Positions 10,222 to 19,111 of a stretch of DNA of 64,000 nucleotides are shown here, piece after piece. The stretch comes from an uncultured Prevotella sp. (GTDB taxonomy: Bacteria; Bacteroidota; Bacteroidia; Bacteroidales; Bacteroidaceae). The position numbers and the translations under genes were made by a program. Where the stretch lies: NCBI GenBank assembly GCA_900318625.1, contig ONLG01000002.1, positions 11,734-75,733 on the forward strand, given 5' to 3'. The notes beneath the pieces are model-generated. The model did no database searches. It was given only the letters and a program-made list of their open reading frames with translations, and was not told the origin of the DNA. Every line of letters starts with the position of its first letter. Positions within the stretch are counted from its first letter, which is position 1.

Positions 10222-13200
10222 CCACCTTTCCCCTGTTGCAATCCCAGTTGGGGATATTTCTGGCATGGGAAACCGAACCGTCGACAACGGGTTACAACCT
10301 GCCTTCCTACATGCCTTTCTCGCAGCATATCAGCGGCGACGTGCTGGCCGATGCCCTCCGCGAGGTCATCGACGACCACCCGGAGCTACGCACGCGCTTC
10401 ACTCCTGGACCACACGGCGAGCCGCGACAGTTCTGCGACAAGGCGCTGACAATACCCATAGTGCGCCGGAAGATGAGCGAGCAGCAGGCCCAGCACTACA
10501 TTGCCCACGATTTTGTGCGACCCTTCGAGCCCTACGGCGACTCACCACTATGCCGTTTCGAGATTGTCGAAACACCTATCCACACCTATCTTCTCTGCGA
10601 TTTCAGCCACACCATTGCCGACGGAATAACCATAGCACGCAACTTCATGGGGCGCGACTTGCCTGCTGCCTATCATCGACAGAGGCTGATGAGGCAGGGC
10701 AAAAAGCCCGATTCCATCGACAGAAAGAAGCTGCCAGGGCTCTCCATGTACGATTATGCGCTGGAAGAAGAGGCTGCTTTCGGCTCGGAAGCCTATCGGC
10801 GGGCAAAAGCCTACTATGCCGAACACTTCAGCGGAGTGGCGTTCACCAGTCTGGCAGCGGAGGTTTCTGAGCCCTGGGGACAGTGGGTCAACGCCTCGGA
10901 ACAGGTGGATGCCAACATAGTCGACGAGTGGTGCGCAAGCAACGGCACCACCGCCAACGAGCTCTTCATGGCTGCCTTCAGCCTGATGCTCTCCCGGCTG
11001 TCGGACCAGAGGCGCGCGGCTTTCTTCTGTCTGAACCACGGACGCTTCACCCGACGCGTGGCCGATGCCTACGGAATGTTTGTGCGCTCGGTGCCGATAG
11101 TGGCCGATGTCATGCCGCAGACAGCCATCAGGCAATTCGTGGGCAGCTTCCGCAGCCAGCTGACAGCCAGCGTGCGCCACCACTGCTACCCCTTCAGCCA
11201 CTTCTGCCGCGACCTCGGGGTGGTGCCTAATGTCACCTTCGGCTTCCAGAGCAGCCAGATAAGCGAGCACACCGAACTGGACGGCGAGCTGTCGACAGGT
11301 GTTCAGCTGCATCAGGGAAGGGTGAAAAACTCGCTCGGATGCATGGTCTATGTGGTGCCGGGAGCCTACGAGCTGCGCTTCGACTCAAGCGAAGCCTACT
11401 ACAGCATGGCACGCCTGCAGATGCTGGCACGCGCATTTGCCACCTGCGTGAAGGGCATCTGCAACGGCAGAAACGCCACCCTTGCAGACCTTGCACTGAC
11501 CTCGACCGACGAGCAGAGACAGATAATGGAACTCTCGCAGAGTGCTCCGACGGACTACGACCCGACGGACAGCACCCTGAAGATGATACTTCGACAAGCC
11601 GACAGCACCCCCGACAGCCCGGCAGTAAGCGACAGCGAAGGCACCATAAACTACCGCGAGCTGACTGCCCTTGCCCGGGAGAGGGCTTCGGAGCTGGCTG
11701 CACGAGGCATAGGAAAGGGCATGGTGGTACCACTGACGGCTGTGCGCAACCGCTCGTTCGTGGCCGACGTCCTTGCCCTATGGCTGCTGGGAGCGGCATA
11801 TATGCCCGTCGCACCCGACGAACCAGAGCCGCGCCGACAGCAGATGATGGCCGAAGCCGACGGAAAAACGGCTGATGCAGCATACGTAATCTACACATCC
11901 GGCTCCACGGGTAAGCCGAAGGGGGTGGTCGTTTCGCACTGCGCACTGCTCAACCTCGTATGCTTCATCCGCCACGAATGGCACCTGTCAGAGCGCAGCC
12001 GCATAGCCTGCCACTCGTCGTTTGCCTTCGACGCATCGGTGGAGGACCTGTTCCCCGTGCTCACCGTGGGCGGAACGCTATACATCGTGCCGGAGGAGGC
12101 AAGGCGCGACCTGCCCCGTCTGGAGCAGTTTCTCAACCGGCACCGCATCACCGGCGGCTGCTTCACCACCTCGCTCGGCCTCATGCTCGCCGAGAGAGGA
12201 CGCATAAGTCCCGACTATCTGTGTCTGGGCGGAGAGAAACTGACACGCTGCCCCCGCACCACCATACCTATTATATATAACACCTATGGCCCTACTGAGT
12301 TCACTGTAGATGCCACCTGGCACCGCCTCAGCCCCTCGCACCGCTACGACGAGGTGCCCATAGGCCGTCCTGTGGCAGGCTGTGCGGCCTATGTCGTGGA
12401 CTGCGACCTGCAGCTGCTGCCTCGTGGAGCCGTGGGAGAGCTGTGCCTCGCAGGGCCGCAGATGGCATCGGGCTATCTTGGCGACGCGCAACTGACGGCA
12501 CGGAAGTTCGTCGGGGTGCCTTTCGCCGACCTGACGGTCTATCGCACCGGCGACATGGCCCGATGGAACGCACGCGGCGAACTGGAATTCATGGGTCGGC
12601 GCGACCAGCAGCTGAAGCTCCGCGGCTACCGCATAGAGCCCACCGAGGTGGAGCGGGTGATAATGCAGGTGCCGCAGGTGACAAACGTGGCCGTCGCACT
12701 GGCCGCAAGGGGTGACGACAGTGTGCTCTGCGCTTTCTACAGTGCCGACAGCCAGCTGCCACCGCCTATGCTCATGCGCCATGTGCAGGCCCATCTGCCT
12801 ACATTCATGGTGCCGTCGGCATGGCAACAGATGGACACGCTGCCACTGAGCAGCAGCGGTAAGGTAGACCGCAAGAGGCTTCCCACCACCGCTCCGCCAC
12901 CGCTGACGGACTACGTGGAGCCAGCAAACGACGAGGAACGACTGTGGTGCGACATCATGCAAAGTGTGCTCGGAGGCTCTCGCATAGGTGCCACCGACGA
13001 CTTCTTCCTCAGCGGCGGCACGTCGCTGAAGGTGGTTGATGTGCAGATAGAGGCGGCACGCAGGGGCAGAAAGCTCAGCTATGCACAGCTGTTCAGCCAT
13101 CCCACACCACGGCAGATGGCTCTGCTCACTCTGCCAGAAAGCAGCCCACAACCCGTCACGCCCACCAACGGGCCGCCTGCCGACAGGCAACCTGCCTGCA

Positions 13201-14228
13201 AAAAGACCGCAACAGCATCTGCGCCGAGTGGCGAAGGCTATCTCGTCACGGGCGCGACAGGACTGCTGGGGGCTCATGTGGCACACTGGCTGCTGCGCAA
13301 CACCGACCAGACCGTGTATTGCCTGGTGAGGAACAAAGGCTCTATCGATCCACAGCAACGCCTGCGGCAGACCATGACACACTACTTCGCCACCGACCGC
13401 GACAGCCTCACGGCAGACAGGCTGAGAGTCGTCGTGGGCGACATTCGCCAGCTGCCATCAGCCGGAAACCTGCCACGTGTGGGTACGGTGATACACTGCG
13501 CCGCCGACATAAGGCAGTATGCCACGGGCAACAGCATACGCACAACGAACGTGGACGGTACGCAAGCCGTGGCAGACTACTGCATCGAAACGGGTGCAAG
13601 GCTTATCCACTTATCGACAACGAGTGCAGGCAGCAGCGGCACGGCTCTCTCGCAGTACGTGGCATCGAAGATAGAGTCTGAGGAAGTGGTGGGCAACGCA
13701 GCCGGACGTGGTCTGCAAGCCTGCATAGCCCGTGTAGGCAACCTCATGCCGCGCATCAGCGACGGCCTGTTCGTGCCCGACAGCACCGAAAACGGTTTCT
13801 TCATGCTCCTGAGAGCACTCGCCATGATGGGTTGCTATCCTCGTGAGGCGGCACAGACGGCAATAGACCTGTCGCCAGTGGACCTCGTTGCCGAAGCCGT
13901 CGGGCAGCTCGCCACGGCAGAGCCGCTGCCCCACCGTGCGGTGATATGCCATCAGCAGCCACCAAGGTTAGGGCAGCTCGCTATCTGCTTCGGCGCTTCA
14001 GGCAGTGCCCTCGCCCCCGTTACTGCCGATGAATTCGGTAAAAATCTGACCCTTTCGCTGAAAAATCCTGTCCGCCACGAGGCTCTTCTGCCGCTGATGA
14101 TGCTCCTCGAACAAAGCCACAGCCTGCCGGAAACCACAGCCAAGCACGCCAGCCAGTCGCTGACAAAGTGGCCACTGCTGACAGACAACTATCTGGAGAA
14201 AATCATCTGCATAGCACTCGCAAAGTAA
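10218..14228 (+). CDS. Single-module NRPS-like enzyme, C-A-T-R
   Basis: C: SHTIADG. A: YTSGSTGKPKG, FDASV, YGPTE, YRTGD, SGKVDRK. T: FFLSGGTSL. R: LVTGATGLLG, YVASK. Confidence 0.9.
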   Translation: MTTFPLLQSQLGIFLAWETEPSTTGYNLPSYMPFSQHISGDVLADALREVIDDHPELRTRFTPGPHGEPRQFCDKALTIPIVRRKMSEQQAQHYIAHDFVRPFEPYGDSPLCRFEIVETPIHTYLLCDFSHTIADGITIARNFMGRDLPAAYHRQRLMRQGKKPDSIDRKKLPGLSMYDYALEEEAAFGSEAYRRAKAYYAEHFSGVAFTSLAAEVSEPWGQWVNASEQVDANIVDEWCASNGTTANELFMAAFSLMLSRLSDQRRAAFFCLNHGRFTRRVADAYGMFVRSVPIVADVMPQTAIRQFVGSFRSQLTASVRHHCYPFSHFCRDLGVVPNVTFGFQSSQISEHTELDGELSTGVQLHQGRVKNSLGCMVYVVPGAYELRFDSSEAYYSMARLQMLARAFATCVKGICNGRNATLADLALTSTDEQRQIMELSQSAPTDYDPTDSTLKMILRQADSTPDSPAVSDSEGTINYRELTALARERASELAARGIGKGMVVPLTAVRNRSFVADVLALWLLGAAYMPVAPDEPEPRRQQMMAEADGKTADAAYVIYTSGSTGKPKGVVVSHCALLNLVCFIRHEWHLSERSRIACHSSFAFDASVEDLFPVLTVGGTLYIVPEEARRDLPRLEQFLNRHRITGGCFTTSLGLMLAERGRISPDYLCLGGEKLTRCPRTTIPIIYNTYGPTEFTVDATWHRLSPSHRYDEVPIGRPVAGCAAYVVDCDLQLLPRGAVGELCLAGPQMASGYLGDAQLTARKFVGVPFADLTVYRTGDMARWNARGELEFMGRRDQQLKLRGYRIEPTEVERVIMQVPQVTNVAVALAARGDDSVLCAFYSADSQLPPPMLMRHVQAHLPTFMVPSAWQQMDTLPLSSSGKVDRKRLPTTAPPPLTDYVEPANDEERLWCDIMQSVLGGSRIGATDDFFLSGGTSLKVVDVQIEAARRGRKLSYAQLFSHPTPRQMALLTLPESSPQPVTPTNGPPADRQPACKKTATASAPSGEGYLVTGATGLLGAHVAHWLLRNTDQTVYCLVRNKGSIDPQQRLRQTMTHYFATDRDSLTADRLRVVVGDIRQLPSAGNLPRVGTVIHCAADIRQYATGNSIRTTNVDGTQAVADYCIETGARLIHLSTTSAGSSGTALSQYVASKIESEEVVGNAAGRGLQACIARVGNLMPRISDGLFVPDSTENGFFMLLRALAMMGCYPREAAQTAIDLSPVDLVAEAVGQLATAEPLPHRAVICHQQPPRLGQLAICFGASGSALAPVTADEFGKNLTLSLKNPVRHEALLPLMMLLEQSHSLPETTAKHASQSLTKWPLLTDNYLEKIICIALAK

Positions 14229-14244
14229 TGTGGCCCACATTGCA

Positions 14245-14346
14245 GGCCCAACCCCTCCCTTGGTAGGGGAGCACAAACTCCCCCCTTCAGCAGCACTTCC
14301 CCCCATGGGGGGACCGAGGGGGCTTCATGGTGGCCTGAGGGGGCAT
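14245..14346. repeat. Family A REP-like cluster
   Basis: ccaacccctcccttggtaggggag and cttcccccc-at-ggggggaccgagggggcttc. Confidence 0.75.
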
Positions 14347-14351
14347 ACAAT

Positions 14352-14383
14352 AAAGGGATATGCCAGCGACGGCATATCCCTTT
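14352..14383. terminator. Bidirectional hairpin terminator
   Basis: aaagggatatgcc-agcgac-ggcatatcccttt between convergent genes. Confidence 0.8.
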
Positions 14384-14419
14384 GCTATCGAGTTGTCTGT
14401 GAACTCTACGCGGTCAGTT

Positions 14420-15301
14420 TCAAGCGTTGAGGATGGTGTCAGGAAGCTTAGGCATGGCACCTTTCTGGGTGCATACGAACGCACTGGCATCAACGGCGAT
14501 GCGGTGAGCATCGGCCACGCTCTTGCCCTTGAGTATGCAGGCGCAGAACGTACCCGTGAAAGAGTCACCGGCACCGACAGTGTCGGCCACCTCAACCTTG
14601 GGAGTCTCATAGAACGACATTGAACCCGGAGTGAACACGTAGCTGCCGTTGACACCGCAGGTGAGCACGAGGATGTCGAGGTTATACTTACCAAGCAGCA
14701 ACCAGCACTTGTCCTGCATATCGAGGCCGGGATAGCCGAACATACGGCCTATCACAACAAGCTCTTCGTCGTTGATCTTGAGCACGTTGCACAGATGCAG
14801 CGAGTCGTCGATAACTTCCTTGGTGTAGAAGTTCTGGCGGAGGTTGATGTCAAATATCTTCATGCAGTCGTCGGGAGTGGTACTGAGGAACTTCTTGATG
14901 GTTTCGCGGCTGACAACGTTGCGCTGAGCGAGCGAACCGAAGCACACGGCGCGGCAGTTCTGAGCCACAGCCTTCATCTCGTCGGTGAAGGGGATGTTGT
15001 CCCATGCCACGTTCTCCTTGATGTCGTAGGCAGGTATGCCCTCGTCGTCGAGTGTCACCTGCACAGTACCTGTTGGATAGGGCACGCGCGGCATCATGTA
15101 GTTGAGTCCCTGTTCCTCGATGGCAGCAATGGTCTCGTCGCCGAGGCGGTCTTCGCCCAGGGCACTGACTGCCAGTGTGTCGAGTCCGAACTGACCCGTG
15201 TGATAGGCAAAGTTGGCAGGTGCGCCACCCAGTTTCTTACCCTCTGGCAGCACGTCCCACAGTGCTTCGCCCAGTCCTACTATCATTCTCTTATCTTCCA
15301 T
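14420..15301 (-). CDS. PfkB-family carbohydrate kinase (fructokinase)
   Basis: GGAPANFA, DINLR, DTVGAGDSF, next to GH32. Confidence 0.9.
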   Translation of the reverse strand: MEDKRMIVGLGEALWDVLPEGKKLGGAPANFAYHTGQFGLDTLAVSALGEDRLGDETIAAIEEQGLNYMMPRVPYPTGTVQVTLDDEGIPAYDIKENVAWDNIPFTDEMKAVAQNCRAVCFGSLAQRNVVSRETIKKFLSTTPDDCMKIFDINLRQNFYTKEVIDDSLHLCNVLKINDEELVVIGRMFGYPGLDMQDKCWLLLGKYNLDILVLTCGVNGSYVFTPGSMSFYETPKVEVADTVGAGDSFTGTFCACILKGKSVADAHRIAVDASAFVCTQKGAMPKLPDTILNA

Positions 15302-15400
15302 AGCTTAAATTGTTTTTGATTATTTCTTAAAGGTTTGATGATTCTGTATAAATAAGAAGCCTCTCCCCACCCCGTGAGGGCGTGGGAAGAGGTGTTTGCT

Positions 15401-16558
15401 TTAGTGTCTGATGCGCTTAATATAGGTGTAGAGGTAAAGAACGCCTACGGTCATCACGATAACCGCACCAAGCTGACCCATTGCATCGCTGGCGAAGCCC
15501 ATGAGCAAGGGGAACACCGTTCCGCCGAAGAGACCCATGATCATCAGTCCCGATACCTCGTTCTGCTTTTTGGGCATAGAGGTGAGTGCCTGAGCGAAGA
15601 TGAGCGAGAAGATGTTTGAGTTGCCGTAGCCGACGAGGGCGATGGCGGTGTAAAGCATCCACTTCTCAGTGCCTACGGCGAGACCTGCCATCGACAAGGT
15701 CATCATCACCACGCTGATAACGAAGAACGTGCGGTTGTTCATTATGCGGAGGAAGAACGAACCGGTGAGACAGCCTACGGTACGGAAGATGAAGTAGAGC
15801 GACGTTGCGAAAGCGGCATCGTTGAGAGTCATGCCCAGACGCTCCATGAGGATTTTGGGGGCTGTGGTGTTAGTACCCACGTCGATACCCACGTGGCACA
15901 TGATGCCGAGGAACGACAGCAGCACGATGGGCTTGCCCAGAAGGCGGAAGCAGTCGGCAAAGGAAGAAGCCTTGCCCTCCATCTGCGGCTCGTCGATGGG
16001 AGTCACTCCGAGCAGCAGCGTTGCTGCAACACCGATAATCATATAGATGGGGAACAGCACACGCCACTCAAGGCCGAAGCTGGGGATGGTGGCCGATGCG
16101 CCCCACATGGCGATGTAGGGAGCCATGAACGAAGCGATAGCCTTGACAAACTGTCCGAAGGTGAGAGTAGAAGCGAGGTTGCCACCCTTGAGCACCGACG
16201 AAACGAGCGGATTGAGAGAGGTCTGCATCAGTGCGTTGCCGATACCCAGCAGCGAGAAAGCCACGAGCATAATCTCGAATGTCTCGCCGAAGATTGGCAG
16301 CAGCAGCGATACCACGGTGACAACAAGCGACAGCAGAACTGTCTTCTTGCGGCCAATCTTGTTCATCAGCATACCCGTAGGCACTGAGAAGATTAGGAAC
16401 CAGAAGAACACTAATGACGGAAAGATGTTGGCCGTTGCGTCGTTAAGGCCGAGGTCTTCTTTCACGTAGTTTGAGGCGATGCCCACAAGGTCAACGAAGC
16501 CCATTGCAAAGAAGCAGAGCATCACGGGGATGAGAGTTAATTTACTTGTCTTGCTCAT
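15401..16558 (-). CDS. MFS sugar (fructose) transporter
   Basis: Multi-TM FucP-like, LMQTSLNP motif, context. Confidence 0.85.
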   Translation of the reverse strand: MSKTSKLTLIPVMLCFFAMGFVDLVGIASNYVKEDLGLNDATANIFPSLVFFWFLIFSVPTGMLMNKIGRKKTVLLSLVVTVVSLLLPIFGETFEIMLVAFSLLGIGNALMQTSLNPLVSSVLKGGNLASTLTFGQFVKAIASFMAPYIAMWGASATIPSFGLEWRVLFPIYMIIGVAATLLLGVTPIDEPQMEGKASSFADCFRLLGKPIVLLSFLGIMCHVGIDVGTNTTAPKILMERLGMTLNDAAFATSLYFIFRTVGCLTGSFFLRIMNNRTFFVISVVMMTLSMAGLAVGTEKWMLYTAIALVGYGNSNIFSLIFAQALTSMPKKQNEVSGLMIMGLFGGTVFPLLMGFASDAMGQLGAVIVMTVGVLYLYTYIKRIRH

Positions 16559-16569
16559 ATCTGTATTGG

Positions 16570-18282
16570 TTATTTAAGTTCGTAGATTGTTGCTTTGCCG
16601 CCTTTCACCTTGAGTGTAGTGTACGGCTCTGAGGGGAATACAAGGTTTGTCATGGCCATCTTGCCCTTGGCATCGAAGGCCTCGATGCTGCACTTGTCTA
16701 CAAAGATGCGCAGCTGGCTCACCTTGCCGTAGGTAGGAGCGACCGTCTTAGCAGCAAAAGCATCGCTGAACGAGCTGTCGCCACTCTTGGTGCGGTCCAT
16801 GGTGAAGGTGTTGGCAGGTGCATCATAGTTCATAGTGACCTGCTCGCCCTTGCTATTGCTGAGCACTATCTGTGCCGACGACTTCACGTCTACTACAATT
16901 TCGCAGGCCGATGAAGGCTTGCTGAGCTTCTTGCCGCGGGCAGCAGCCATCTCCTTGACGGGTGTGCTGCTGACATAGGTCTCGCCGTTATAGGTGAACA
17001 GCCCCATCTCGCGGGCTATGCCGTTGGCCGAACGGAACTGGTGGGTGGGAACCTGGTTGGCATACTGCCAGTTCGACATCCACGGCAGCACAACGACACG
17101 TCCGTCAGGAGCATTGCTGAAGCTGACGGTGGCATAGTGGTCCTTGCCGTAGTCCATCCACTTAGTCACCTTGGGCGAACTCTCGCAGGTGAACTTGTGA
17201 CCGTCGAAGCTGCCTACGAAGTACTGCGTGGCTGAGCCTCCGAAGGGTCCACCGGGATTGATGTTGCAGAGCAGCACCCACTTCTTGTCGGCTGTAGAGC
17301 CGTTATCACCCTCTACGTTGAGAGCGAACAAGTCGGGACATTCCCATACACCTCCGTGGTTGCCATACTCCTTGCCGAACGAACTCTCGTATTTCCAATC
17401 CTTCAGGTTGGCCGAAGAGTAGATGTTCATTTCCTGACCGGCAGCAAGGATAAGTATCCAGCGGCCTGTAGGCTCATGCCAGAACACGTTGGGGTCGCGG
17501 AAGTCGGGGATGTCAGCCGTGAGGATGGGGTTCTTGTCGTATTTCACGAACGTCTTGCCGCCATCGGTGCTGTAGGCCATGCTCTGAGTCTGGTTGGCAG
17601 CAGCAGAAGTGTAGAAAGCCACTACCGCTCCGGCACCAAAGCCGGCGGTGTTGTTCTTGTCTACCACACACGAGCCGCTGAATATGGTGCCTATGGCATC
17701 GGCTTCGATAGCTGTGGGCTGCGGTGTCCAGTGAACGAGATCAGTAGAGGTGCTGTGGCCCCATGTCATGTTCTCCCACTGCGAACCGTAGGGGTTCCAC
17801 TGGTAGTAGAGGTGCCACGTGCCGTCCTTGTAGAACATTCCGTTGGGATCGTTCATCCATCCGTAGCGCGGAGTGTGGTGGTAAGCAGGGCGGAAAGCCT
17901 CGACGTTGGTGTCGTCGAAGGTATCGGTGAGCTGCATTTCCTTCCAGCACACGTAATCCTTGAGGGCACCCTTCTGGTGACGGTTGCCGTTGAAGGTGAT
18001 GTCAAGCAGTACCGACTTGCCGCTGAGCTCACTCAGGTCGAGTGGCACGCGGTAGTCGCACTTGCTGACAGCAAGACGTGCGTTGAAGGTTTTCACCTCT
18101 CTATTATTAACTATTACCCTGACATGGGCATTTTCCTCTGACTCCTGCATTGGCAGCAGCAGATAGCGTGCGCTGGCATCAAGCCTGAGCATTGCATGGT
18201 TGTCGCTCAGCACGGAGGGTTCCTGTGCGTAGGCACCTACGAAAGTAAGCAGGGCAGCGACAGCTGTTAATACGTTTTTCAT
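16570..18282 (-). CDS. GH32 beta-fructosidase/levanase
   Basis: Signal peptide, WMNDPNG, FRDP, WECPD catalytic motifs. Confidence 0.93.
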   Translation of the reverse strand: MKNVLTAVAALLTFVGAYAQEPSVLSDNHAMLRLDASARYLLLPMQESEENAHVRVIVNNREVKTFNARLAVSKCDYRVPLDLSELSGKSVLLDITFNGNRHQKGALKDYVCWKEMQLTDTFDDTNVEAFRPAYHHTPRYGWMNDPNGMFYKDGTWHLYYQWNPYGSQWENMTWGHSTSTDLVHWTPQPTAIEADAIGTIFSGSCVVDKNNTAGFGAGAVVAFYTSAAANQTQSMAYSTDGGKTFVKYDKNPILTADIPDFRDPNVFWHEPTGRWILILAAGQEMNIYSSANLKDWKYESSFGKEYGNHGGVWECPDLFALNVEGDNGSTADKKWVLLCNINPGGPFGGSATQYFVGSFDGHKFTCESSPKVTKWMDYGKDHYATVSFSNAPDGRVVVLPWMSNWQYANQVPTHQFRSANGIAREMGLFTYNGETYVSSTPVKEMAAARGKKLSKPSSACEIVVDVKSSAQIVLSNSKGEQVTMNYDAPANTFTMDRTKSGDSSFSDAFAAKTVAPTYGKVSQLRIFVDKCSIEAFDAKGKMAMTNLVFPSEPYTTLKVKGGKATIYELK

Positions 18283-18324
18283 TTGTAACGAAATTACGTT
18301 TGGTTAGTACATGGTTTTATGCCG

Positions 18325-18391
18325 CAAAGATAGTGGACAATTATCAAACGGACTGAAAAAAAACGTTCGTTTACTTGTACTTATGTATCAT
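18325..18391 (-). promoter_or_regulatory. GH32 operon promoter with putative HTCS operator
   Basis: TATCTTTG (18332-18325) plus a 26-bp motif at 18366-18391 shared with the second promoter. Confidence 0.7.
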
Positions 18392-18433
18392 TACACATAA
18401 AAACCACAGATTTTATCGTCTGTGGCCGTTTTT

Positions 18434-18562
18434 TAAGGATAAAGGATGAAGGATTAAGGGTGAAGGATGAGGGTGAAGGATGAGGGATACTTAGTGAAGT
18501 GGAATGGTAGGTAGTGTAAATTGAACTGTGTCAAGGCTCTATTTCTTATTCCTTTATCCTTA
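18434..18562. repeat. 7-bp AAGGATG-type array with an inverted partial copy
   Basis: ~8 units at 18435-18489. taaggataaagga (18434) is inverted at 18550-18562. Confidence 0.75.
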
Positions 18563-18567
18563 GGGGG

Positions 18568-18621
18568 CTAGCCCCTAAGGAGCCTTTCAGCGGCAAAAAA
18601 CAGTCTTCTAATGTTTTCCAT
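18568..18621 (-). pseudogene. 17-codon stub (MENIRRLFFAAERLLRG), possible remnant of a deleted gene
   Basis: A-rich leader and ATG downstream of an operator-bearing promoter. Ends in the palindrome cttagggggctagcccctaag. Confidence 0.4.
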
Positions 18622-18670
18622 TGAGTTTGTTTTTTTGGTTAGTAAATAAATGAATTTGTTCTTTCTGTTG

Positions 18671-18737
18671 CAAAAGTATAATTAATGTAAAAAGGGGATT
18701 GCAACGAATGTTTCATTTACGTGCAAATTTGTTTCAT
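18671..18737 (-). promoter_or_regulatory. Orphan promoter with putative HTCS operator
   Basis: TACTTTTG (18678-18671), tgtttcat direct repeat with 21-bp period (18709, 18730). Confidence 0.7.
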
Positions 18738-18808
18738 GGTAACATCTGTAGCATCAAAAGAACGATTTTTTACATAGGTGTGGGGTGTTTCGTATTACCT
18801 TTGCATCA

Positions 18809-19001
18809 GTAAAAGAAATAAATAGTTTTGTTTTGAATAGTTAATAGTTTGTTTTTGAAATAGTTGAAAGTTAATGTAAATCAGGTAGTCTTTTCATCGT
18901 TTTTGTTTTGTTTAGATTATTTTAAATAAGAGATTGTATCAGGAAACATCTCTTGAAAAAGAAGACAGAGGCATATTGTTGTGATAACAATATGCCTCTG
19001 T
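18809..19001 (+). ncRNA. Candidate U-rich sRNA
   Basis: TACCTTTG at 18796-18803, no ORF, ends at a 16-bp-stem hairpin (18965-19001). Confidence 0.45.
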
Positions 19002-19111
19002 TGCGTTATCAAGGGTCCACCACGCTCCTTCTTTTGAGTTAGACAGAATGACAAAAGAACAATTTTTTCTTGCTGCTATACAGTTTAGGAGGTTAGACGG
19101 TTGGGGGGGGC

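Noticed and set aside
10218-14228. NRPS as Lys2-type aminoadipate reductase
   Set aside because: It has a bacterial NRPS-type C domain with an HxxxDG motif and no lysine-pathway context. Not fully excluded.
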